This document shows positions 14,966 through 22,725 of a DNA stretch of 64,000 bases, in pieces (position 1 is the first letter of the stretch; every line of letters begins with the position of its first letter). Under the pieces are notes generated by a model. That model was not told the origin of the DNA. It saw only the letters and a program-made list of their open reading frames with translations, and searched no databases. The stretch spans positions 14,560 through 78,559 of the forward strand of contig DYIT01000004.1 of NCBI GenBank assembly GCA_020723505.1. Reading direction: 5' to 3'. A program made the position numbers and the translations under genes. This DNA comes from Candidatus Kuenenia stuttgartensis (GTDB lineage Bacteria > Planctomycetota > JAKEIC01 > DYIT01).

Positions 14966-17482
14966 TCAGGATTTCAGTCCTTGCTTGTCCAGTAGTAGTT
15001 CCTCGAATACAGCGTACAAGCTTTCGTAGACGGGCCGGCTTTCTTCAGTAGGTTCCGAGTAGCAGTGCCCCATCACTTCGCGAGAGAGCCGGCAGGAATC
15101 AATCAAGACCACGACCCGGCCCAATCCTTCGTCCTTCCAGACGCAACGAAAATTCTTGTCCGGGAGGTCGAACGACTTCCCGCCTTCGATACCGCCCATC
15201 GCGACCGGTTTGATTTCGATTTCATAAGGCTCCAGAATAACGGTGCCTGCTGAGATACTCGCAAGACCGGTGCAATCAACCAGAAGCAGTTTCCCGCCTT
15301 CGCGCACGAAATTCCAAATAATCTCATACTCCTCGGATTCAAAGGCGCGCACTGGATTAATCAGGAGCAGGATGTCAGCTTCCTTCACGGCCCTTTTTAT
15401 TGAATGTTTAATCGAGGGAATGCAACCGAGGCGTTGTAGAGTTACGAAGGGTGTGTCAAAAGCTCTCTTTAGGGGGATTCCGGGTGATCCGACTGCCCCG
15501 GGGAATCCGGCCTCGCATTTGCCACTTAGAAACACCACTCTCGGCCTCTTTACGAACGGCTCCGGAAGGCGATAGTTACGCCGGTTCACCTCCGAAACAA
15601 TGAAAAGCCCGGCTAGACAGCCCACGAAAGCCGCAGGAAGCCCCGCAGCATAAAGCGTGGAGGGTCCCCTCTTCCAGTGAGAAAGAAGCACAGTAGCGAG
15701 ACCTATCGCCCCGGTCAGTAAAAAAACAACGTTCAAGGCATACCCAAAGACGTTCCTCTGATTAAGGTAGTTCATGAACCCCAGAAGAAGGCGGTAGTGA
15801 TCATGCCTGAATAGTGCAAAGGTTGAAAAAACAGTCTCATCCCCCCACACGACGACCCGGCCTTTCCCGACCTTTGTCGCAGCACCGACCATCAAAGTGC
15901 CAAACCGGGAATTCAAATCAGGCCGGAATTCTCCAAAGTTGCTGGGATTCGCCACGTCTTTCCAGTCAGAATAGCAGTTATTCGTGAGGGCTACCGTCTC
16001 ACTCAGGATAGGAGCCTCGACTGAGCAGGACGTCATGAGCTCGAAGGGCTTCTCGACTCGACAAGCTGCAGGATGAAACCCTAGAGGTCCTTCATCGAAA
16101 AGCGTATAGCCCCCGGTGGTGAGCCCGCTCAGCGCGTCGGGCCTGAACCTGAGTCCGAACCGATCCACGAGACGGTTAGAGTTCGTAGTCATCCCCATGA
16201 GGTCGTTGTGGTCGGAAAGTACCAGGAGCCCTCCTCCGCGGCGGACGAAATCCTCCACGGCATTAATTTCCCCATCTTTCAGAGGAATCGTTGGTGTCTT
16301 GACGATCAGGACATCGTGGTCTTCCAGCAGCTCCGGCGTGAAATCCCCTTTCTCGTGAATGTTCACGACATAATATGAGGTGAGCAAGGAAACAGCGTTC
16401 GAGTAGCTGTAAGCCGCGAGGTCGCCATACCAATTCTTGTCGAACTTCTTTGAGACCTGTTCCCAGTAGTCGCTATGGCTGCCGTCCACGAGAATTCGCC
16501 CCTGTTTTTGCTTTCCAGGGTCGTGAAACGTAAGACCTGCCAGAATCAGGAATACCGAGCCTAAGATTGCCGCGGGGAGGCGAAGCGGAACCTGCCTGTA
16601 GATCTGCAAGGATTCGCGGCTTGTTGAGAACGCCCCTCGGAGGTCCAGGGGCAAGAACTTGCCGAGTATCAGGGCAAGCGGCAGGAACGTGGCGATGAGG
16701 AACCATGGATCCCAGAAAACCTCCATCGGAGGCGGAATCGAGTGGTCCTTATCCACATTGGGGAAGTCGGCATATATCGCGAGGACGATAATGAAGCGGA
16801 AGAACGAAAAAGCGAGCAATACCGTCATGAAGAACAGGAACCGCCGCATCCGACTTCCAAAAGCTCCTGCCAGGAACAGAACTAGACCAGCGAAGGCGAA
16901 GCAGGTCATCGGTAAAAAAGCGATCTTGCCCGTGCTGACCACAACGGGAAGGAGGGTTGAAGAACCCTCAAGGTAGGCAGTACCGCCGGAGACGGCGCAG
17001 TCATAACCGAGAATTCTCATCGTCCAGCAGACTGGCCATGAGAGGGCCGTGAAAAATTGTGTCCTTGGTTCAAGGTGCCGGAAGAGAGCACGGAGGACGA
17101 GTTGACCCGGGAAAATCGACAGGAAGACTAACACCGCTGAGAAGGAGATCATCAAAGCTGCTTTCATGCCTGATGCAATCCTGCTGATGCGAGTAAGCGA
17201 AGGCGAAGGTGTCCTATCCACGTGTTGTTCCTGGCGGGTCATCCAGGCAACGAGCAAAAATCCGGAAACGATGAAAGCGATACCCCACCCCCACCCGTGG
17301 TTGCCGTAGTTTCCCAACAGAAATGGCCATGAAAAGGACGCAGTTAGGACCCCGACCCAGATACCGTACCCACGTATCGAGGTCGTCCGAGTAGTCGGGC
17401 TGTCCTCTCCATCTGCAAGGACTCGGCGTGCGCTCTCTATTCCCGATGGCTCGTTTCCGACGCTAATCTGATTATCCCCCAT
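14966..17482 (-). CDS. Polytopic membrane protein (838 aa) with two alpha/beta 'GG.LL.L.DH' modules (GldG/DUF4350/GATase1-like by eye); paralogue of the next gene
   Basis: About 9 N-terminal hydrophobic helices, then module 1 (DVLIVKTP...EINAVEDFVRRGGGLLVLSDHNDL ... GKGRVVVWGDETVF). More helices follow, then module 2 (ADILLLINP...EIIWNFVREGGKLLLVDCTG ... GLGRVVVLIDSCRL). GC is in the mid-50s %, lower than the core. Confidence 0.7.
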   Translation of the reverse strand: MGDNQISVGNEPSGIESARRVLADGEDSPTTRTTSIRGYGIWVGVLTASFSWPFLLGNYGNHGWGWGIAFIVSGFLLVAWMTRQEQHVDRTPSPSLTRISRIASGMKAALMISFSAVLVFLSIFPGQLVLRALFRHLEPRTQFFTALSWPVCWTMRILGYDCAVSGGTAYLEGSSTLLPVVVSTGKIAFLPMTCFAFAGLVLFLAGAFGSRMRRFLFFMTVLLAFSFFRFIIVLAIYADFPNVDKDHSIPPPMEVFWDPWFLIATFLPLALILGKFLPLDLRGAFSTSRESLQIYRQVPLRLPAAILGSVFLILAGLTFHDPGKQKQGRILVDGSHSDYWEQVSKKFDKNWYGDLAAYSYSNAVSLLTSYYVVNIHEKGDFTPELLEDHDVLIVKTPTIPLKDGEINAVEDFVRRGGGLLVLSDHNDLMGMTTNSNRLVDRFGLRFRPDALSGLTTGGYTLFDEGPLGFHPAACRVEKPFELMTSCSVEAPILSETVALTNNCYSDWKDVANPSNFGEFRPDLNSRFGTLMVGAATKVGKGRVVVWGDETVFSTFALFRHDHYRLLLGFMNYLNQRNVFGYALNVVFLLTGAIGLATVLLSHWKRGPSTLYAAGLPAAFVGCLAGLFIVSEVNRRNYRLPEPFVKRPRVVFLSGKCEAGFPGAVGSPGIPLKRAFDTPFVTLQRLGCIPSIKHSIKRAVKEADILLLINPVRAFESEEYEIIWNFVREGGKLLLVDCTGLASISAGTVILEPYEIEIKPVAMGGIEGGKSFDLPDKNFRCVWKDEGLGRVVVLIDSCRLSREVMGHCYSEPTEESRPVYESLYAVFEELLLDKQGLKS

Positions 17483-17487
17483 TCGCC

Positions 17488-19980
17488 TTATCCTTTCCCT
17501 CTCAACTGCTTCATGCGCGTAAGCATGTTACGGATGAAAGTGATGTTCCCGAGGTGCCACGCCACCATGCTCTCAACATTCCTGTTTGTAAAAAAGCGGC
17601 TATCCGACACAAACAGCATGCCTCCCTTCCCGTACTCCCGGTAAGTTGCGAGCAAATCCCCTTTGGAAACGAAGAATCTGTGAACGGCGCCGGGCGCGAG
17701 ATCTCCTTTGCTAGAGGGAGCCGGCTCGCGCACAATGATGGGCCATGCATCCATGAACTCGGGGTCCATGGGTTTCTTGTCCTTGTAGTACGTGTTCGGT
17801 GCCCGTCCGAGTGACCGGCCTTCAATGTCCAACCCAATGGCCTCAAGGAGCCGCTGTGATCCCTCCCTTTCCTCGTACCCGACGCTTAGAATGACCTGGC
17901 CTCCCTTAGCCATATAGTCCGTGATTAGATCGACCTCGTGGCATTGAATCGTTTTGAGGGGAGAAAGGATGACCAGGAGTTCAGCCTCGGATATGCTCTT
18001 CCGGTCGAAACAATTCAGAGAAACCGGAATGAACGCATTCCGTTCCAGATTAAGGTACAGGGCGCCTATTCCCCTTCCCTCGTCTCCGCCCCGGGAGGCC
18101 CAGGGGATGTGGTAGTAGTCAATTGCGGCCAGAGGGCCGGCGATAGCAGGGCCGCTCATCCGCTCCTTCGAGATTACGTCGGAAACCGGTCCGGAAAGCG
18201 CGAGGAAGAATGGGAAGATCAACGCAAGCAGCCTGGAGCCGCCGGACGCGCCCAAGGTGGTCGTCAGCAGAATCACCCAGACCAGGAATGCCAGCGGCTT
18301 AAGCCAGTACCAGCGCCCGTACACCGTTTCGCAGGAAAGCCATGTAAAGACGTTGTGCAGGAAGGGGGTGTATATGGAAGTTACAGACCCGTTCTGAAAT
18401 GATGTCGTATCTCCGAAAACCAGCACTTTCCCCCTCCCGTAGAAGGCCGCCGCGAGCAGGCACATGTCCCCCAGCTTTTCCCCATGCTCGTAGGAGTAAT
18501 TCCCGAGAAGGGATCCGCCAACGTTGTAAGGATTGCCTCCGTCCGAGAAGGAGAGCGGCCCCCATATTATGGAAATCGCAGGCGGGCCGATGGTTAGAGA
18601 TGCGCCGACGTCTATCCCTGTCTCATCCCGCGATCGCGCGCCTGCCAAAACCGGATGCCGTGCGAAAGACTGGCAGTAACTCCAGCCTCCGCGGCACGGG
18701 AACGCGGAGTCGAATTCGAACCGAACGTTGATTCTGTCGAGAAGTTCGTTGTAGGTGTCCTGGAGCCCGAAGACGTTCGTGTGGTCGCCCAGGATGAGCA
18801 AAGCCCCGCCCCTTTCCACGAACCCCCAGATTGCCCGGATCTCCCCCTCCTCCCACCGACGCCCCAGGTTGATTATGGCGAAGATGTCAGTCTCTTCAAG
18901 TTGTTCGGGCTTGAGGCGTTCGGCGTCGAGTTTCGAGACCCGGAACCCGTCCAGTTCCAGGAAGGCGGGAAGATGTCCAAACATGCCTCCCGAGTACGAG
19001 CCGTACTTTCCTAAGACTGCGGTGTCCCAGTCTAGATAGCCCTTATTCCAGAACATAATCCGATTTCTTCGAGGGGACAGGATTTCCCATGATTGCATCT
19101 GAAAGAGCGTAATCGGGACAAACGCGGCAAGCGCAACTAAGCCGACTACCCTACTGCGACTCGAGAATAGTGCAGAAGGGATCCTCTCCTTCGCGGGAAA
19201 AAGCATGGAGAGCCCGGCCAATGGCATGAGCAGTACCGGAAAAAGCCATCGGACCGAATTGGCAAGCACACCCGCCTCTTGTGGAAAGACGGTCGACGAG
19301 CTCTGGATGACCAGGAAGGCCGTCCAAGCCCCGAAGACCACTATCAGAGCTGCCGATAAAACCCGCCATGCAAAAATTCGGAAGGCAGCGGTCCCAATCA
19401 AGTAGACAATCGCAAACAGAAGCACCCAGAGACCGGAAACGGATGGACCGATTGTAATCTCGGCATTGATTAATATGCGTCCAAGCAGACCTGTGTACTC
19501 GTTGCTGAAAACTTCGAAGAAATTGTAGACAATCGGAACGGTTTCCAGGGCGAACCCCAGCGCCCACGCGAAGTACGAAAGAAGGCGCAAAGGACCGGCG
19601 CATAACGCCGGGCGTCCCCAAATAGCCGATGCCCTTCCGAACCCCCAGAGAAAGACGATAAGTAAGCCAAGGACATAGAGCCGGTCGGTCGAGAGGAAGA
19701 GAAGAAAGCCAGGGAATGCCATTGAGAGATAGGGAAGAAGCGCGTTTCGACGGAAGATAGCTTCACGTTTCGAAGGAGCCTGGAAGAGAAGAAGTCCTGC
19801 AAGGAGAAGGGCGATAAACAAGCGGCCGTTTAAAGGGCTCAGGATGCCGAAAGTGCCCCATGCTATGAGAAGTATCAGGAGAAACGTGGAATGGATGACA
19901 AGGTTCCTTGCGACTTCGGAAACCCGCAGGTTGGTGATTTTCCCCCTCAATCTCCCGAGAATGGATTCACCTGCGCTCAT
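17488..19980 (-). CDS. Polytopic membrane protein (~830 aa), paralogue of 14966..17482 with the same two-module layout
   Basis: Module 1: DIFAIINLGRRWEEGEIRAIWGFVERGGALLILGDHTNV ... GRGKVLVFGDTTSF. Module 2: AELLVILSPLK...DLITDYMAKGGQVILSVGYEE ... GKGGMLFVSDSRFF. Start at MSAGES (ATG 19980, preceded by GGAGAAG) is preferred; the ORF track extends to 20055. Confidence 0.7.
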   Translation of the reverse strand: MSAGESILGRLRGKITNLRVSEVARNLVIHSTFLLILLIAWGTFGILSPLNGRLFIALLLAGLLLFQAPSKREAIFRRNALLPYLSMAFPGFLLFLSTDRLYVLGLLIVFLWGFGRASAIWGRPALCAGPLRLLSYFAWALGFALETVPIVYNFFEVFSNEYTGLLGRILINAEITIGPSVSGLWVLLFAIVYLIGTAAFRIFAWRVLSAALIVVFGAWTAFLVIQSSSTVFPQEAGVLANSVRWLFPVLLMPLAGLSMLFPAKERIPSALFSSRSRVVGLVALAAFVPITLFQMQSWEILSPRRNRIMFWNKGYLDWDTAVLGKYGSYSGGMFGHLPAFLELDGFRVSKLDAERLKPEQLEETDIFAIINLGRRWEEGEIRAIWGFVERGGALLILGDHTNVFGLQDTYNELLDRINVRFEFDSAFPCRGGWSYCQSFARHPVLAGARSRDETGIDVGASLTIGPPAISIIWGPLSFSDGGNPYNVGGSLLGNYSYEHGEKLGDMCLLAAAFYGRGKVLVFGDTTSFQNGSVTSIYTPFLHNVFTWLSCETVYGRWYWLKPLAFLVWVILLTTTLGASGGSRLLALIFPFFLALSGPVSDVISKERMSGPAIAGPLAAIDYYHIPWASRGGDEGRGIGALYLNLERNAFIPVSLNCFDRKSISEAELLVILSPLKTIQCHEVDLITDYMAKGGQVILSVGYEEREGSQRLLEAIGLDIEGRSLGRAPNTYYKDKKPMDPEFMDAWPIIVREPAPSSKGDLAPGAVHRFFVSKGDLLATYREYGKGGMLFVSDSRFFTNRNVESMVAWHLGNITFIRNMLTRMKQLRGKG

Positions 19981-22585
19981 CTTTCTCTTCTCCAGGCGCT
20001 GGCCCATGTTCCGGAGCAAGCAAGACTCGCAACGCTGCCGCGTTTCCCCGGACAAGGTTCAAGGGCCCCGCCTCTCCCGGGCTGAAACCCCTTGCCTCCG
20101 CGCGAAAAGTATACGTCCCCTGCTTAAGAAGTAATGAGACCTTGCCGTCTTCGCCGGCGATGGGATTGATGAGCCTCCTCTCCTTTCCTCCAGCCGTGAA
20201 GGCATGCAGTGAAGCTCCAGGAATCGGTTTGCCCTTGTCATCCAGGATCTCGGCCTCAACCTTCACGCCCATACCTAGGGAGAAGATTGCACTGAAGCCG
20301 TAATTGTTGTGCGAAACCTCTATCTCGTCGTTCACTTCCGGGGCGAGTTCATTACCCTGACCCACGAGCATGTACTTGCCCGGGTCGAGGTACTTGAAGG
20401 CGCCGAACGCCTTTGCCTCGAAGTCCTTGAATCTAGCCGTGCTGTGGATCGCCCAGGCGGGACTTCCCGGCGGTATATGATAGAGGACGACTTCCACGCT
20501 TCTGCCTGCGAGACTGCATCCCTCGCTCCTTACCTCGATGTTGATTTCCCCTCTCGGCAGGCTGATGTCTGCAACCAAGTGCCCGACCTTATCCTTGACT
20601 TCGATGTATTTGCGGTAAGTATCGCCTCGGCGTCTTACTTCGAGAGTGTACTTCCCGGGGCGGACTGTCTTGTATATGTAGCGCCCTTCCTTCATCTCAG
20701 CTTTCTGAGCAAATCGGGCGGTACGGTCCCATGGGTAGAGGAGGAAAATCTCGGCATCCTGAACCGGGAGCCCGCCGTAAATCAAGTTGCCTTCCAGAGA
20801 AGGGCTTAACCCGTACATCTTGTCGTTGAACTCAAGCTGTGAGCTCATTTCGTTATCAAGAATAAACCCGGTAACGGGATGCCTTTCCATTCCCTTGAGG
20901 GCACACAGGGAAGTGAGGTAGGAGAAGCCTGGATTTACACCCGTGAGATTGAAATTGCCATTACCGTCGGGGAAGGTGATACGGAAGAAGCCCTCCTCGT
21001 CATAGACGACTAAAGGCTCGAACTTGCAAAGAGCTTTCCCTGAAATACGCCCCCCTTTGGAGAGTTGGATGACGAGAGGTTCCGATGGTTTCTCTCCTTC
21101 CTTCCCTTTCTCCGTGCTCGGTCCAATCGAGACGAACCTCGTGGTTGCGTAGTCCGGGTGAACTACGAGAAAAAAGGATGGGTATGCCGGGACGCGGTCG
21201 AAGCAGAATCGGCCTCCAGCATCCGTCGCGGTCCAGCGCCGAATTACGGCGCCCCCTATATTCTGGACTATCGAACCAAGAAGCTTCCCGGCACGGTTGG
21301 AAGGTTCCCAACAGACCATGGCGTCAGACAGCGGCTCTCCAGTATCCTGCGCATGAACATGGCCTTTGACCTTGCGGCCGGCATTGAACCTAAGATCCTC
21401 TGGGTTGACTCTGCCGTCGGAGATCAGACGAAACGGATAGTATAGGTCCGCAAAGGCCGGATTTTCGGACCGGATTAGGTAGTTGCCTGCCGGAAGCGCA
21501 GGCAGCTCTATCCTGCCATCGTCATCTGATTTCACGGGTAGTGAAAATGCATCTTCCGGAATGTTCGGGATTGCGATGCGGAAGGCGGATTTCCCGATGG
21601 GATTTTTCCCTTCGGTGTCGGAAGCCCTGATAGTCCCTGCATCGGCCTTTGGCATGTCAATCTTCACCCCCTGGGATCCGGAGATCACGTTTTCGACTAG
21701 GGAAATGAATTTTCCTTTATTAAAGAGAAGCAGTGTGTATGGTCCGCCGGGGAGGTGCTCGAATCGGAAGGAGCCGTCATTCGCGGGGTGAATGATGAAT
21801 CGGAAGGGCACGGCAGGGGTCAGTGCGACCAACTCAATGTCCTCTGGGGCCATGTCCGTACTCGTCCTGACTGATCCCTCTAACCAAGCTCCTTCTTCGA
21901 GGCGAATCTTAAGCTCCTTCAACAAGACGCCGGGTCTGATGACTGCGCCCTTGCATGCAGGGGCAAAACCCTGTGACCAGGCATAGACCTTGAACGCGCA
22001 AGGCGGAAGTTCCGTTTTGAAGGCACCGTCTTTTTCTGAGACTAATGAAGCGACAGATGGGGAGGGCGAGCTCCTCGACTCTGCTCGGGGCAGGCTTCCT
22101 GACGAGCTGTTCCCGCCATGCGGCCACCCGAAACCCGGAAGTCCTGAAACACCTGAGGCAATGTCTTGCATGGCGAGGACACCGTCTTTGACCAGTAAAA
22201 CCGGCTCCGGATTCCACACTCCGTTGAATGGAACGAAAAATATCCGACATCCTGAAATTGATTTGGCTGAAGGGTTGAGTACCAATCCTTCAATCAAGCC
22301 CCGGTTCCCAGGGACTTTTTCCAGGGTTTTCGACGCATCACGCTCTTTATCTCCAGCCTTGTCCGAATCGTGTTCTCCTTTCTTTTTATCATCCACGGAA
22401 TGCTGTGGGTCGTTCGGAAACCAAATTCGATCATCACGGCGCCCTGCTGATCCCCAGAGCAAGAACGCGGAGACAATCGGAACGGAGGCGATAAGACCCC
22501 AAGAGGCGATCGTTACTGAAACTCTCAGGGGCGGCCAAGAAGCCGCCCCTGAGAGGAAATCCCGCATTTTACCGAAGGCATTCAT
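19967..22585 (-). CDS. N-terminally membrane-anchored protein (872 aa) built of repeated CarboxypepD_reg-like beta-sandwich modules
   Basis: Single N-terminal TM (VTIASWGLIASVPIVSAFLLW). Recurrent 'PG.Y' strand motif: LPGGPYTLLLF, LPAGNYLIRSE, VRPGKYTLEVR, LDPGKYMLVGQ, LKQGTYTFRAE. ATGA overlap with the upstream gene at 22582-22585. Confidence 0.75.
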   Translation of the reverse strand: MNAFGKMRDFLSGAASWPPLRVSVTIASWGLIASVPIVSAFLLWGSAGRRDDRIWFPNDPQHSVDDKKKGEHDSDKAGDKERDASKTLEKVPGNRGLIEGLVLNPSAKSISGCRIFFVPFNGVWNPEPVLLVKDGVLAMQDIASGVSGLPGFGWPHGGNSSSGSLPRAESRSSPSPSVASLVSEKDGAFKTELPPCAFKVYAWSQGFAPACKGAVIRPGVLLKELKIRLEEGAWLEGSVRTSTDMAPEDIELVALTPAVPFRFIIHPANDGSFRFEHLPGGPYTLLLFNKGKFISLVENVISGSQGVKIDMPKADAGTIRASDTEGKNPIGKSAFRIAIPNIPEDAFSLPVKSDDDGRIELPALPAGNYLIRSENPAFADLYYPFRLISDGRVNPEDLRFNAGRKVKGHVHAQDTGEPLSDAMVCWEPSNRAGKLLGSIVQNIGGAVIRRWTATDAGGRFCFDRVPAYPSFFLVVHPDYATTRFVSIGPSTEKGKEGEKPSEPLVIQLSKGGRISGKALCKFEPLVVYDEEGFFRITFPDGNGNFNLTGVNPGFSYLTSLCALKGMERHPVTGFILDNEMSSQLEFNDKMYGLSPSLEGNLIYGGLPVQDAEIFLLYPWDRTARFAQKAEMKEGRYIYKTVRPGKYTLEVRRRGDTYRKYIEVKDKVGHLVADISLPRGEINIEVRSEGCSLAGRSVEVVLYHIPPGSPAWAIHSTARFKDFEAKAFGAFKYLDPGKYMLVGQGNELAPEVNDEIEVSHNNYGFSAIFSLGMGVKVEAEILDDKGKPIPGASLHAFTAGGKERRLINPIAGEDGKVSLLLKQGTYTFRAEARGFSPGEAGPLNLVRGNAAALRVLLAPEHGPAPGEEKDERR

Positions 22586-22725
22586 TTCCTTTTATCGCTC
22601 TTGTCGTTATTTGCAGGCGGAGGAGGCGGATCAGCGAAGAACTCCACGCCGGCGGAAATCGGGGAGAGGTTCCCCGCCGCATCCCGCGCCTGCGCATGGA
22701 TCGTGTGCCAGCCGGGCGACAGCGG
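22569..22725. repeat. Direct repeat copy A (~157 bp): 3' end of the Ig-repeat gene plus the first 6 codons of the 872-aa gene
   Basis: Aligns by hand with 26840-26988. The first ~120 nt differ at about 7 positions. The last ~30 nt are more diverged, with a 9-nt indel (ccagccggg present only in copy A). Confidence 0.85.

Noticed and set aside
17488-20055. Idea that the N-terminal polytopic domains of the island paralogues are exosortase-like (GPSVSGLW / VVVSTGKI versus the exosortase CSG motif)
   Set aside because: The position that would hold the catalytic Cys is Val or Thr. I could not align the conserved Arg/His of sortase-like families by eye, and no PEP-CTERM-type sorting signal is present on neighbouring proteins. 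This is too speculative without a profile search.
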